From sequence record NC_028847.1: DNA of 64,000 nucleotides, one strand, 5' to 3'. Below, piece after piece: positions 43,688-55,075 of this stretch. Under the pieces are notes generated by a model. That model was not told where the DNA came from, did not search any database, and saw nothing but the letters and a program-made list of their open reading frames with translations. A program made the translations under genes and the position numbers. Numbering within the stretch: position 1 is the first letter of the stretch; every line of letters begins with the position of its first letter. Origin of the DNA: Escherichia phage QL01.

Positions 43688-45429
43688 TGATTAACATGTC
43701 TGATAATGTAAGTTGGTTCGTCGGTGTAGTTGAAGACCGAATGGACCCACTCCAACAAGGCCGAGTACGCGTGCGCGTATGGGGTATGCATCCATATGAA
43801 AAAGTACAAGGCCCTGTAAAAGGCCTTCGTACAGAAGATTTACCATGGATGTCGGTATTAATGCCTACATCTTCTGCCTCTGTTTCAGGTATCCAAACCG
43901 CTATGACTGGTATGGTCCCCGGTACACAAGTTTATGGTCACTTTCTTGATAAGTGGAAATTAAACGGACTTGTCCTTGGTACATACGGTTCCGCTTCAAG
44001 ACAGAAGGCTAATCCTAATGAAGGGTTTAGTGACCCTACAGGCCAATATCCGCTTTATTTAGGTAACGATGCTGCTGCTTTAAACCGAGGTGGTGAAGTT
44101 GGATACGATGCCACTTCTAACGTAATACAAGATGCAAACACTGATGTAGGTATTAATCCTGACGGGTTGGATTTAAGTCAAGTCAAACCAGACGATAATC
44201 CTAATTTCACAATAGAAAACATGCTTCATCGTGATGAAGGGCTTAGACTGAAGGTATATTGGGATACCGAAGGTTATCCTACTATAGGTATAGGCCACCT
44301 TATCACACCACAACCTATTAGAGATATGAATCGAATAAACAAAATATTATCTAATCAGGTAGGACGAGAAGTTAAAGGTAACCCTGGTGCAATATCAATG
44401 GATGAGGCTTCTAAATTATTCCAAGAAGACCTTAAAAAAGTCCAAAACGATATAGGTCGGCATAGTGTTGTAGGTCCTGTTTACAATAAAGAAAACCGTT
44501 CAAGACAAATGGCTCTTGAAAACATGGCTTTCCAAATGGGATTAGGTGGATTGGCTAAATTCCGTGGAATGCTTAGTGCAATGCTAATAGGCGATTATAA
44601 AAAGGCATTTGAGGAAGCTCGTAATTCAGTATGGTTTAACCAAACTAAAGGTCGCGCATCAAGGGTGTCAATGATTATCCTCACAGGTAACATGGAATCA
44701 TATGGTATTATGGCCCCTAAAGAAAGGTCATTTAATGGCCGTTCGTATAGAATGATTCAAACCTTTGTGGCCCCTACAAATTCAGACCCTGCCGACCCGT
44801 GGACTCCAGAAGACACAAGGATTCTTTTTAAAGAACCTGATTCTAGTTATAAAGGCGAATATCCATATGTCCAAACCATGCAAACTGAAGGCGGGCATAT
44901 CCAAGAATTCGATAATACCCCAGGGCAAGAACGATACCGTTTAATCCATCCTACCGGTAGTTATGAAGAAGTTGCTCCTGATGGACGTAAAACTTCTAAG
45001 ACGGTAGCCGATGGTTATTATATGACCCAAGGCGATTCAAATACTTATGTTGGTGGTAATAATAAAGTCAACGTTGGTGGCGATGAAACCTATTATAATA
45101 TGGCAAACGTGCGTCGTCAGACTGATGGAAACGAAACCATCCATATTCGCGGTAATGAAGAGAAAACTGTAGAAGGTAATGGCACCCTTCGTGTTAAAGG
45201 TAATGTTACTGTTATTGTTGAAGGAAATGCTGATGTTACTGTTAAGGGTGATGCAACTACCTTAGTTGAAGGTAATGAAACTCGTACGACCAATGGTAAT
45301 TTAAATTGGACAGTAAACGGTACCGTTTCTTGGACTTGTGCAGGTGCGTGGTCCGAGACTATGGCTTCAATGAGTTCTATTGCATCTGGTCAATATACTA
45401 TTGATGGTTCGAGGATTGACATTGGCTAA
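43687..45429 (+). CDS. 5: baseplate central spike with lysozyme domain gp5
   Basis: 580 aa; internal T4-lysozyme-like domain (HRDEGLRLKVYWDTEGYPTIGIGHL); C-terminal VxGNxxV beta-helix repeats. Confidence 0.93.
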   Translation: MINMSDNVSWFVGVVEDRMDPLQQGRVRVRVWGMHPYEKVQGPVKGLRTEDLPWMSVLMPTSSASVSGIQTAMTGMVPGTQVYGHFLDKWKLNGLVLGTYGSASRQKANPNEGFSDPTGQYPLYLGNDAAALNRGGEVGYDATSNVIQDANTDVGINPDGLDLSQVKPDDNPNFTIENMLHRDEGLRLKVYWDTEGYPTIGIGHLITPQPIRDMNRINKILSNQVGREVKGNPGAISMDEASKLFQEDLKKVQNDIGRHSVVGPVYNKENRSRQMALENMAFQMGLGGLAKFRGMLSAMLIGDYKKAFEEARNSVWFNQTKGRASRVSMIILTGNMESYGIMAPKERSFNGRSYRMIQTFVAPTNSDPADPWTPEDTRILFKEPDSSYKGEYPYVQTMQTEGGHIQEFDNTPGQERYRLIHPTGSYEEVAPDGRKTSKTVADGYYMTQGDSNTYVGGNNKVNVGGDETYYNMANVRRQTDGNETIHIRGNEEKTVEGNGTLRVKGNVTVIVEGNADVTVKGDATTLVEGNETRTTNGNLNWTVNGTVSWTCAGAWSETMASMSSIASGQYTIDGSRIDIG

Positions 45430-45439
45430 TATTTTACCT

Positions 45440-45961
45440 ATGAGCACAGATTTAGGAGACTCCATGGAAGGAGCCTCAATCGATGTTACGTTTACTGCTC
45501 AATTAGAAACAAACGAAACATTAGTTGAAATAAATATAACAGAATATGAGCCTACAGAAGGCATTATTGTCGATGGAGCTCATTTATATGGAACCTACGA
45601 ATCGGTATTTGGATTCTCTGAAGATGCCTTGAAATATCGATTAAACGATGAATTTAAAACAGCCGGTTCATGGAAAGACTTACCAGGCGATAGTAACACT
45701 CAATTATACCTCTGGAAAGCCCCTAGTAATCTCCAGAAGACGTTTTCTTACACAGTCACATTAATCTATGACTTTCAAGAAGAGTCATCAGGAGGTGATA
45801 CAGGGAACTCAGGCGGTAGTAATTCTAGGGCCGGTAGCGAAATAGACCCTCCTCCGGCTCCTGTAAGAAAAACCCTTACTAAGGTTTATACCAAGGTTAT
45901 TGTCGGTAATTGGTCCAAATGGGCAAATCAATTAAGAGAATACGTATATGCGAGGCCATAA
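45440..45961 (+). CDS. 5.1: gp5.1-like baseplate-associated protein (start MSTDL; alternative ATG at 45464)
   Basis: Position between 5 and 5.4; ~173 aa. Confidence 0.6.
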   Translation: MSTDLGDSMEGASIDVTFTAQLETNETLVEINITEYEPTEGIIVDGAHLYGTYESVFGFSEDALKYRLNDEFKTAGSWKDLPGDSNTQLYLWKAPSNLQKTFSYTVTLIYDFQEESSGGDTGNSGGSNSRAGSEIDPPPAPVRKTLTKVYTKVIVGNWSKWANQLREYVYARP

Positions 45962-46255
45962 ATGTCAGGCTTAAGTTATAACCAATGCGTAACAGCAGGT
46001 CATGAAGCGTGGCCTCCTACAGTAATAAATGCCACTCAAGGTAAAGTATTTACAGGTGGTATTCCTGTATTAGTTGCAGGAGACCCTATTACAGAACACA
46101 CAGAAATTAAAAAACCATATGAAACCCATGGTGGGGTAACCCAACCTAGAACATCAAAGGTGTATGTTACAGGCAAAAAGGCTGTCCAGATGGCAGACCC
46201 TATTTCGTGCGGAGATACAGTCGCACAAGCCTCATCTAAAGTATTCATAAAATAG
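45962..46255 (+). CDS. 5.4: PAAR-repeat spike tip protein gp5.4
   Basis: 97 aa, same length as T4 gp5.4; begins [10 protein letters not shown]. Confidence 0.8.
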   Translation: MSGLSYNQCVTAGHEAWPPTVINATQGKVFTGGIPVLVAGDPITEHTEIKKPYETHGGVTQPRTSKVYVTGKKAVQMADPISCGDTVAQASSKVFIK

Positions 46256-46263
46256 GAATTAAA

Positions 46264-48222
46264 ATGGCTACTCCTACGAATTACCAATTAACAAGAACCG
46301 TTAACGCTATCCCAAAAGTATTTGTGGGAGCTACGTTTGAAGAGATTAAAAAGAATATTATCGATTGGCTTTCTAGCCAGGACGAATTTAAGGATTACGA
46401 TTTCGTTGGTTCGCGAATGAATATCCTGATTGACATGCTAGCTTACAACACCCTGTATATGCAGCAGTTTGCTAATACTGCAGTATATGAATCTTTCATC
46501 GGTACTGCTAACTTGCGTTCCTCCGTCGTCCAGGCTGCACAGGATAACGGCTATTTGCCAAGTTCTAAATCAGCAGCCAAAACAAGTATCATGTTGACCT
46601 GTACTCAAGCCCTGAATGAAAAGAATATTCGTATCCCACGTGGTACTAAATTCCTGGCCTATGCTCGTGATACTTCAGCGGACCCATACGCTTTTGTTAC
46701 CACGGAAAACGTTATTGCCGTACGTGATGTTAATAACCAATATCTTCCTATCGTATCTTTAGCACAAGGCCGTATTATTCGTACCGAACTTAAGTATGAC
46801 CCTAAAACTCCTATTCTTATTCGTGACCCGGATATTGATAGACAGGAAGTTAAACTTTATGTCGATGGCGCAGAATGGACTAACTGGACTAATAAATCCA
46901 TGGTTCATGCTGGTAGTACATCAACAATTTACTATATGCGTGAAACCGTAGATGGTAATACTGAATTCTTCTTTGGTGAAGGTGTTGCTGAAAAATCAGT
47001 TGCAGGTGGGGTATTAGAAGCTAATTATATTGGTGGTTTAAAACCTGTTAAAGATGCTACTATTGTTATAGAATATCTTCGTACTGATGGCGAAGTTGCT
47101 AACGGGGCGGTGGACTTTAGTTATGCGGATTCTTTGGCATATATTACGGTTGAAAAAATTACAGAAAACTACGATGAAAATCCGGATTATGTAGGTGCTG
47201 ATGGTGGTGGTGACCCTGAAGATATTGAACGTATTCGCGAATTGGCTGTAGTTAAACGTGAAGCCCAGATGCGTGCTGTAACTGGTACAGATTATGATAC
47301 ATTCGTTTCGGAGCGATTTGGGTCTATTGTACAAGCAGTACAAACCTTTACGGACCCAAATAAACCAGGTTACGCCTTTGTTACCATTAAACCTAAATCA
47401 GGATTGTATTTGACGGCAGTACAACGTGAAGATATCCAAAATTATCTTTCAGAATTTAACTTGGCACCTATTACCCCTTCGGTTATTTCTCCTGACTACT
47501 TGTTCTTGAAGCATAAAATTAAGGTTTCATATGCACTGAACAAATTACAGGAATCCGAACAATGGTTAACGGCTCAAATCCTTTCTCAAATAGACCGTTA
47601 TTATATTAACGAAGTTGAAATATTCAACCATGGATTTGCCAAGTCTAAAATGTTGACTTATATTGATAATGCAGACCACAGTATCCTTGGCTCTTCGGCT
47701 ACGGTAACAATGGTTCGCGAGGTATTAAACTTCTTCAAAACACCTGAAGCGGGTATTAAATACTATAATCAATACACCAACCGTTCTGTAACTTCTAGTG
47801 AATTTGAGTTCGTCCCAACAAACGTATCCGATGTTGTTAAATCTTACAACGTACGTATTGTTGCCACAGATAAAGACGAACGAGGCGATGGTAAAATGGT
47901 TATAGGTCCTTTCCGACCTGGCGATGTAATTGAAAACCAATACATCCAACCTTACACCGGAGATGACTTCGATAAAATGGCAGCGCCTGCAGACCAATCG
48001 GTCTACTATGTTATTGGCGAAATTGATTATTACTCGGACTTTATTTTCTGGGATATCGCCGCAATAGGCCTTACTTCCGACCGTTTTGAAGTCCAGTCTA
48101 TTGAACTTTATGCAGGGCCAGACCAAGACAACATCTTTACCAAAGACGGTTCTTTAATCGTATTTGAAGATGACCTTCGTCCTCAGTACACAACTATAGA
48201 GTTGGAACCAATTACAATATAA
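46264..48222 (+). CDS. 6: baseplate wedge protein gp6
   Basis: 652 aa; synteny 5-6-7. Confidence 0.9.
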   Translation: MATPTNYQLTRTVNAIPKVFVGATFEEIKKNIIDWLSSQDEFKDYDFVGSRMNILIDMLAYNTLYMQQFANTAVYESFIGTANLRSSVVQAAQDNGYLPSSKSAAKTSIMLTCTQALNEKNIRIPRGTKFLAYARDTSADPYAFVTTENVIAVRDVNNQYLPIVSLAQGRIIRTELKYDPKTPILIRDPDIDRQEVKLYVDGAEWTNWTNKSMVHAGSTSTIYYMRETVDGNTEFFFGEGVAEKSVAGGVLEANYIGGLKPVKDATIVIEYLRTDGEVANGAVDFSYADSLAYITVEKITENYDENPDYVGADGGGDPEDIERIRELAVVKREAQMRAVTGTDYDTFVSERFGSIVQAVQTFTDPNKPGYAFVTIKPKSGLYLTAVQREDIQNYLSEFNLAPITPSVISPDYLFLKHKIKVSYALNKLQESEQWLTAQILSQIDRYYINEVEIFNHGFAKSKMLTYIDNADHSILGSSATVTMVREVLNFFKTPEAGIKYYNQYTNRSVTSSEFEFVPTNVSDVVKSYNVRIVATDKDERGDGKMVIGPFRPGDVIENQYIQPYTGDDFDKMAAPADQSVYYVIGEIDYYSDFIFWDIAAIGLTSDRFEVQSIELYAGPDQDNIFTKDGSLIVFEDDLRPQYTTIELEPITI

Positions 48223-48249
48223 ACCTCTTCGGAGGTTTAAGGAGATTTA
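48223..48249 (+). promoter_or_regulatory. UUCG-tetraloop hairpin (AACCUC-UUCG-GAGGUU) between genes 6 and 7, followed by AAGGAG SD
   Basis: Plus-strand acctcttcggaggtt right after gene 6 stop; no U-tract, so probably not a terminator. Confidence 0.35.
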
Positions 48250-51200
48250 ATGTCTGTACAAGCGCCTTATGTTACTAGTCTGAGAATTGATAAACTCTCG
48301 GCTAACCATGTGAGCATTCTTTGGGATGACGTAGGCGCCAACTTCTATTATTTCGTAGAACTGGCCCAAACGAAGGATGCGGGTGTAGAAATTCCCGACG
48401 ATAGATTATTTTGGAGAAATTTAGGTTACACCCCTAATAACGAATGGTTTGAAGAGGCATTCATTTCTCCTAATTCATTTTATAAAATGCGAGTTGCGGT
48501 GGCCGCCCAGGGGTTTGAGCAGTCTGAATGGGTTTACACTGAAGAATTTGAAACTTTCTCTACCAACGCATATACATTTGAGCATATGCGTGAATTCACT
48601 TTGTCTAATAAATTTATTGAAGAAAAATTCACAAAAAATAATCAGAATTATGTGAACTTTAATACCGATGCCATTATGGCTTCCTTAATGACGGAAGATT
48701 TTAACTTTACGCCGGCGTATTCGCATTTGTCATCTATATCAAATTATGTTTTAAAAGCAGACCGATTCCATGAAATCCAAGGAAGCATCCAAGCGGTTTG
48801 TAAAGACCCTAAACGTTCTATTTTAATGGAACTTGGTGGTGTACTTTACCTTTTAGAAAGATTCCAAAGTACTGCTAAGGTTTCTAATGATAAAGGGCAG
48901 AACTGGCATTATATCCGTTTGTTTAATGACCGAGTAGGTAACCCTGTTTCGCGTACAGCACATTACCAAACTGAAACTACTACGTATGTTCTAGGTTATG
49001 ACCAAATATTTTACGGACGTAAATCAAGTGATATTCGTTGGTCTGCTGATGATGTCCGTTTTAGCTCCCAAGATATAACATTTGCTAAAATAGGTAGTGA
49101 TATCGACCTTCCATTTGAAATCGAGATATTTGGGTCATATGCAAAACTTCCTTTGCCTATTTCCACTATTGCTGAAGCTATATGCGCTTCTGATGATTTC
49201 ATTTATGTTGCAGGTAGAGACAGAGTTTATAAAGCAAAAACATCTGAGGCCCCTATAGACACCGACCCTAGTTCTCCGACTTATGGAGAGAAGATATTTG
49301 AAAGCAGATATTCGACTATCACAGGGAACCCTAAAGCTGTTTGTTATAAATTAGATTCTATCCAAGGCCATACATTTGCTTTAATTACAGGTGAAGTTAA
49401 AGAAGAAAAAATGGACCCTACGGTCGAATCCAATGTGGTTGATTCTGAATCCAAAGGTGTTTATTGGTTAGACACTTCAACTGATACATGGACCCGTGTA
49501 TTTGGAAACACTGAAGAAGAACGTCGTCGTATAGAGCATGGATATACCAGCATGTCTACTGATGGAGAGGAATTATTTTTCAGTTCAAGCAACTTTAGAT
49601 ATGAAGTAGAGGTTGATTCTGAGCTTCCTTTGGAATACCCTGAAATTGTCACCTCCGCCGTTAAATATGTTAAAGATGAACAATGGATTCACGATAAACA
49701 TTATTTGATGATGAGTTTTAGGTCTAACTCTAAATCCGATTTCAAAGAATTTAAACCTGGGCGTATGGCTTATTATGCCGAACCATTCTTTAGTTGGTCT
49801 CGACGCGATGGAACCCGTTCATGGATTACCACTGGTGACCATGCGATGGTTGTTTATAACGATGCTTTATACCAGAAAATTATCGACCTGAACAGTGGTT
49901 CTTCACCTGAACGTATTGTTCATGAGATTTGGAATAAAGGTTTTTGTAAAGTCACATCTCCTAATATAGAGTTCAACGGCTTTAAGAAATATTCTTCTGG
50001 AATGATGATTCACAAATCTACAGGTGAATTGGTTGGATATTTTGAATTCGACTATCGTGTACGCGATGAAGTCCGTGTTATTTGGAAGCCTAAAGAAATT
50101 ATGTTTACGGCTGAATTGCAAAACCAAGAACATGAAATCCCGTGGAAACCTAAAGAGGAAGTTGGTGAGCAAGACCCGGACCTCCAGCCTTTACTGGTTA
50201 AAATGATTCCAGATAGTTATTTGCTTCAAGATAGCAACTTTGAAAAATTCTGTGAATACTATCTCCAATTTATTAGTGATGGCTCAGGTACACACTATAA
50301 TAATTTGTTGAATCTTATTCGTAACCAATACCCACGTGAAGAAGATTCATGGGAATATTTGTGGTCGGAAATCTATAAGCGTAACATCTATTTGTCGAAA
50401 GAAAAACGCGACGAAGTAGTTCGTTTTTTCCAGGCGCGCCAAACCGATTTTTGGTCTACAAAAGGTACCGAGGCTTCATATAAATTCCTGTTTAAATTGC
50501 TTTACAATGAAGATGTAGAAATTGATATCGAGTCCAAGAACTCTATCGAATATGATATCATCGTAGAATCTGATAATATCAGTGAAGATATCGTAGGCCA
50601 AACGATTTATACTCCTACAGGTCGTAGTAATGTTACTTATATAGAACGAAATTACAAAGATGGTAAACTGCAATGGCGTTTAACCATTCATAATCTTTTA
50701 GGTCGTTTTATAGTCGGACAGGAAATTAAATCTGAACGTACTTCGTTCAAGGGTATGATTGTTCAGGGCGTACGTGGTAAAGAGCTTTTGAGTAACAATA
50801 TCGACTATATCAACCGTAACCGTTCTTATTATGTGATGACCATTAAGTCTAATCTCCCTACTTCTCGTTATCGCAACGATGTTTTGAGATTTGTTCATCC
50901 AGTAGGTTTCGGCTTTGTAGGTATAACTTTGCTTTCTATGTTCGTTAACGTAGGTTTAACGCTAAAACATACAGAAACTATTATTAATATCCTTAAGAAC
51001 TACAAATGGGACTCAGGTTTGCCATCTGAATGGTATGATAGAGTTGCTGTAATAGGTTTTGATGGTAATATAGAACGAGACCCTAGAACAGGACTTCCGG
51101 TTTATAACGTTGGACCTAAAGCAGGAGAACCGTTTGATATCCCTGCAGATTATGATGCGGAAAATGATTTCTCTGTATTCCAAGGTCAATTACCACACAA

Positions 51201-51345
51201 ACGTATTAAAAAGCATAGTCCATTGTTTGACCAAAGTGCTGTGACCTTTGCCAATTGGCGTGCACTGGTTGATAAGCGTCTTAAAGACGATATTGGAAAT
51301 CCTAGAGACCCTAAAGTTCCAACTCAGGTAAAAATTAATGATTAA
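48250..51345 (+). CDS. 7: baseplate wedge protein gp7
   Basis: 1031 aa (T4 gp7 is ~1032 aa). Confidence 0.9.
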   Translation: MSVQAPYVTSLRIDKLSANHVSILWDDVGANFYYFVELAQTKDAGVEIPDDRLFWRNLGYTPNNEWFEEAFISPNSFYKMRVAVAAQGFEQSEWVYTEEFETFSTNAYTFEHMREFTLSNKFIEEKFTKNNQNYVNFNTDAIMASLMTEDFNFTPAYSHLSSISNYVLKADRFHEIQGSIQAVCKDPKRSILMELGGVLYLLERFQSTAKVSNDKGQNWHYIRLFNDRVGNPVSRTAHYQTETTTYVLGYDQIFYGRKSSDIRWSADDVRFSSQDITFAKIGSDIDLPFEIEIFGSYAKLPLPISTIAEAICASDDFIYVAGRDRVYKAKTSEAPIDTDPSSPTYGEKIFESRYSTITGNPKAVCYKLDSIQGHTFALITGEVKEEKMDPTVESNVVDSESKGVYWLDTSTDTWTRVFGNTEEERRRIEHGYTSMSTDGEELFFSSSNFRYEVEVDSELPLEYPEIVTSAVKYVKDEQWIHDKHYLMMSFRSNSKSDFKEFKPGRMAYYAEPFFSWSRRDGTRSWITTGDHAMVVYNDALYQKIIDLNSGSSPERIVHEIWNKGFCKVTSPNIEFNGFKKYSSGMMIHKSTGELVGYFEFDYRVRDEVRVIWKPKEIMFTAELQNQEHEIPWKPKEEVGEQDPDLQPLLVKMIPDSYLLQDSNFEKFCEYYLQFISDGSGTHYNNLLNLIRNQYPREEDSWEYLWSEIYKRNIYLSKEKRDEVVRFFQARQTDFWSTKGTEASYKFLFKLLYNEDVEIDIESKNSIEYDIIVESDNISEDIVGQTIYTPTGRSNVTYIERNYKDGKLQWRLTIHNLLGRFIVGQEIKSERTSFKGMIVQGVRGKELLSNNIDYINRNRSYYVMTIKSNLPTSRYRNDVLRFVHPVGFGFVGITLLSMFVNVGLTLKHTETIINILKNYKWDSGLPSEWYDRVAVIGFDGNIERDPRTGLPVYNVGPKAGEPFDIPADYDAENDFSVFQGQLPHKRIKKHSPLFDQSAVTFANWRALVDKRLKDDIGNPRDPKVPTQVKIND

Positions 51346-52342
51346 TTCTACAGTAGTTTATCGTTCTATTGTTACTTCAAAATTTAGAACGGAAAAAATG
51401 TACAACTTTTACAGAACAATAGGTGATGGTGAAGACCAGAACACCATGTATGTATCTTTCGGAAGGGCCCGACCATGGGCCGATAACGAAAACGACCCTG
51501 GTTTTGCCCCGCCTTATCCTGTAGATGATTCTGAGGGCGTAGAAGACGTCTGGACAAACATGATGGGTTGTGTTAAGGTTTATAAGAGCATGTTGGATTG
51601 TGTTGTCCCGCGCAAAGACTGGGGCGATACCTCTTATCCTAATCCGTTTACTTTCCAGATTGGTGAAATTGTAGTGGCGAACAGCCAGCCGCAAAACCGT
51701 ACTGATGTCGGTGCCGGGTGGATGGTTTATCGTTGTGTAGATATCCCAGAATCAGGTACATGTTCTATTTTGTCCCTTGATAATAAAACCGAGTGTATTA
51801 AACTTGGTGGTAAATGGACCTCAAATGTACAGTCGGTTAAAGCCCCTGCAGGACAAGGCGATACGGAAGGTATGGTTGATACGGGTGATGGGTATCTCTG
51901 GGAATATTTGTATGAGATTCCACCTGATGTAAGTATTAACCGTTGCACTAATGAATATATTGTAGTACCATGGCCAGAAGAAATTGCCGAAGACCCTGAA
52001 CGTTGGGGATACGAGAATAATCTTACTTGGCAGCAAGACGATTATGGATTGATTTATCGTATTAAAGGCAATACCATTCGTTTTAAAGCATTCTTAGATT
52101 CAGTTTACTTCCCTGAATTTAGTCTTCCTGGTAACAAAGGATTTAGACAGCTTTCGATAATTTCTAATCCATTAGAAGCTAAAGCTCACCCATCCGATCC
52201 GATCATTAAAGCCGAAAAAGAGTACTATGATGTTATAGACCTCTCCCGCCATTCAGGTGAAATGATTTATATGGAAAACCGTCCTCCGGTTATTCGTTCC
52301 ATGGACCAAACAGAAGAAATTAACATTATCTTCGAATTCTAA
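51338..52342 (+). CDS. 8: baseplate wedge protein gp8
   Basis: 334 aa; ...IVTSKFRTEKM... and NEYIVVPWPEE blocks T4 gp8-like. Confidence 0.92.
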   Translation: MINSTVVYRSIVTSKFRTEKMYNFYRTIGDGEDQNTMYVSFGRARPWADNENDPGFAPPYPVDDSEGVEDVWTNMMGCVKVYKSMLDCVVPRKDWGDTSYPNPFTFQIGEIVVANSQPQNRTDVGAGWMVYRCVDIPESGTCSILSLDNKTECIKLGGKWTSNVQSVKAPAGQGDTEGMVDTGDGYLWEYLYEIPPDVSINRCTNEYIVVPWPEEIAEDPERWGYENNLTWQQDDYGLIYRIKGNTIRFKAFLDSVYFPEFSLPGNKGFRQLSIISNPLEAKAHPSDPIIKAEKEYYDVIDLSRHSGEMIYMENRPPVIRSMDQTEEINIIFEF

Positions 52343-52345
52343 TAA

Positions 52346-52369
52346 GGGCCGCAAGGCCCTTTCGGGTTT
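52346..52369 (+). terminator. hairpin GGGCC-GCAA-GGCCC with interrupted U-tract after gene 8
   Basis: Plus-strand gggccgcaaggccctttcgggttt. Confidence 0.45.
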
Positions 52370-52403
52370 AATAAATACAGTATATCAATAATGAGGCATA
52401 CCT

Positions 52404-53264
52404 ATGATTAAGCAAACTGGTAAAGAACTAATTGACGTCGGTGAAATTGGTAATGCCAGCACCGGCGACATTCTTTATGATGGCGGTGTTAAACTGAACA
52501 CTGACTTAAACAACATATATAATACTTTCGGCGACCAACGCAAAACTGCTTTAACTGGTGAATTAACCGGTCAGAAATTACACGCTACAGGTTATTATCA
52601 AAAATTTGGTGATATGGACCAAGCAAGCTCAGTAGATTTAGGCTCTTTGGTGGATATCGATGCTTCTACCGGTTCTATCGTATTAACCACTGTAAAAGGT
52701 GCAGTCGGTGAAGGAATCGAGATTATCAACTCTAACGGGAGTATTTCTTCCACTAATTATCTTGAAATCCGTATATTGGATACTTTTGCAAGCCATTCAA
52801 CTTCGACTTTGCGTATCGTAACACCCTATACACGGGTTCTTTTATGGTGTGTATCGGATACAAACGGCGTTGCAGTATGGGATTATTCAATTGAAAGTAT
52901 GTTTGGTGATAAACGAGTTCCATTAAATAAGACATATAATATATCTTCTGTCGCTCGTGATATTCCGGTGGTTTATTCCGGCCAGTATTCATTGGTCAAA
53001 CTTTTAGTTACGGCAGTGAATGCCAACGAAACCATTTACAAAGCTTCAGAATATCTTGTGTTTATCGACAACCAAGCTAAAAAGATTTATTCCACCGAAT
53101 ACGCTGTTATTAAACGTGGTCAAACTTCAGATGATGACGAAATTTATTCCCTAGATTTTAAATTCGATACATCAAACTATATTATCGCGACCGCTTCTTC
53201 TGTCAATCCTATGAGGCTTGCAATTAAGGTCGTAGAAACCCAAACTATTGGAGTTCCAGTATAA
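52404..53264 (+). CDS. 9: baseplate wedge / long-tail-fiber socket protein gp9
   Basis: 286 aa; ...DVGEIGNASTGDILYDGG... T4 gp9-like. Confidence 0.92.
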   Translation: MIKQTGKELIDVGEIGNASTGDILYDGGVKLNTDLNNIYNTFGDQRKTALTGELTGQKLHATGYYQKFGDMDQASSVDLGSLVDIDASTGSIVLTTVKGAVGEGIEIINSNGSISSTNYLEIRILDTFASHSTSTLRIVTPYTRVLLWCVSDTNGVAVWDYSIESMFGDKRVPLNKTYNISSVARDIPVVYSGQYSLVKLLVTAVNANETIYKASEYLVFIDNQAKKIYSTEYAVIKRGQTSDDDEIYSLDFKFDTSNYIIATASSVNPMRLAIKVVETQTIGVPV

Positions 53265-55075
53265 TGAAACAAGACTTAAAAGTAGGTTCCGCTGTTGATG
53301 ACGGGTCCGGTGATTACCTGCGTGCAGGTGGTCTTAAAATTAATAACAACTTCAATGAGCTTTATTACCAATTAGGTGATGGCAACAACCCTCATGCAGC
53401 AGGCGCTTGGAAACAGCATTCTACTGCAGATGGTGCTTTGTTGAACGCTGTAATGGGTCATAGCTATACCCTTAATACTCAAGGTGGGCGTATTAACGTT
53501 CAGCTTCCTAAAGGCTCTCCTGAAGAATATAACTTTGTTATCCGTGTACGTGATGTGTATTCCTCATGGCAAGCTAACCCTGTAACCCTAATCCCTGCCA
53601 CGGGTGATACCATTAAGGGTTCAGCTACTCAAGTAGAAATTGCTCGCAACTTCTCGGACCTTGAATTAGTTTATTGTGCCCCAGGACGATGGGAATACGT
53701 TGAAAATAAGCAAGTAAACCGTATTCCAAATAACGACCTCGCTACTGTAGCAACTAAGCAGTTTATTGCCACTGAAGGCCAAACAGATTTTCTAGACATT
53801 TTCCCAGGGCTTTCTTATAACGTAGCAAGTTTAAGCGTTTCGCAACGTGGTAACAATTTGTTCTACGGTGTTGATGATATTTTTGATGCGGCTACTGCAG
53901 AGTTCGGTTCTCCGGGTGCTCAACCAGGCGAATTGGTTGCCTTGAATGGTAAAGACATCCGTTTAAAATATCCTTGTGAAGCAGGTGATACTGTTATTAT
54001 CAAATCATATAATGACGGGCTTGCTCAATGGCGCAGTTCTTATAACCGCCGTGATATAACAATCCAAAGTTCAGAATTGACTAAAAACGTTTCTGTTCCT
54101 GGTTCTTCTTTCGTGGCTGATTTGAATACTTCGCATGTTATATCGGCCGCAGATTTGAATATTTCTGTTAACAGCCCTATCAACCCAAATGCTTGTCAAG
54201 TCATGCTTAATAGCACATTACTTCATCAAGCGGGTACAGCAGGACTTCCTTCGTTTTATTGTGAAGGTGCTGATGGTCGTACTGCTACCGAGTGTTTTAA
54301 TGCTGGTGGTCAATGGACCCAATCTAAATCAGATTATATTTTTAATTTGACTCCTGAAGACAAGATTGAATCTATTGAATTTGGACGTAACTTTGAACAC
54401 GGCGATATTCTTACAGTAATTTGGTACAATAATGATATCGGTACCACCATGGAAATTGATGAGATTTTGGATTATACCAACAACATCTATATTTCTAAAG
54501 GGCCTTCTATCGATATAACAGGTCAAGTTCGTATCACTGATGTAGACAATCCTTTTGCACCTAACGTTGAACCGGTCGCCGCGTCCAATATTACAATAGA
54601 TACAGCAGCAACGTTTTTTGATTTGGTTTATCCAATAGGAACCATCTATGAGAATACGGTGAACCCTAATAACCCTAAAACTTATATGGGCTTTGGTTCA
54701 TGGAAGCGTTTATCTGATGTGTTCTTGGTAGGTTGGTCTCCTGACGCTAGTTCTTTGTTTAATGCAAATAACAACGATCTGGATTCTGCCGGTATTCCAC
54801 AGTCAACTGCTGGCGGTACTGGTGGCGCTCATGTGGCTAATTTGAAATATGAGAATATCCCTGAACTTAATACCGATGATAAAGTCCTTATTGCTGATAA
54901 CGATGGCCCTATTTTTGTAGGTGGGTGTTTAGTTGACCCTGATTCACAAGGACCGGCTTATACAAAATATCGTGAAGATAAAGCCAGTATTAATAAGGCT
55001 CAAGGAACCACTCCTATCCCGGTTAATACTCTACCGCCATACTTAACTGTTCATCGCTGGATGAGGATTGCATAA
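53264..55075 (+). CDS. 10: baseplate wedge tail-pin protein gp10
   Basis: 603 aa; synteny 9-10-11. Confidence 0.9.
   Translation: MKQDLKVGSAVDDGSGDYLRAGGLKINNNFNELYYQLGDGNNPHAAGAWKQHSTADGALLNAVMGHSYTLNTQGGRINVQLPKGSPEEYNFVIRVRDVYSSWQANPVTLIPATGDTIKGSATQVEIARNFSDLELVYCAPGRWEYVENKQVNRIPNNDLATVATKQFIATEGQTDFLDIFPGLSYNVASLSVSQRGNNLFYGVDDIFDAATAEFGSPGAQPGELVALNGKDIRLKYPCEAGDTVIIKSYNDGLAQWRSSYNRRDITIQSSELTKNVSVPGSSFVADLNTSHVISAADLNISVNSPINPNACQVMLNSTLLHQAGTAGLPSFYCEGADGRTATECFNAGGQWTQSKSDYIFNLTPEDKIESIEFGRNFEHGDILTVIWYNNDIGTTMEIDEILDYTNNIYISKGPSIDITGQVRITDVDNPFAPNVEPVAASNITIDTAATFFDLVYPIGTIYENTVNPNNPKTYMGFGSWKRLSDVFLVGWSPDASSLFNANNNDLDSAGIPQSTAGGTGGAHVANLKYENIPELNTDDKVLIADNDGPIFVGGCLVDPDSQGPAYTKYREDKASINKAQGTTPIPVNTLPPYLTVHRWMRIA

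Noticed and set aside
47725-48126. 133-aa minus-strand ORF inside gene 6, and similar minus-strand ORFs inside late genes (49011-49202, 54329-54526, 57986-58351, 58598-59029)
   Set aside because: Antisense to long, confidently identified structural genes; no promoter or RBS context.
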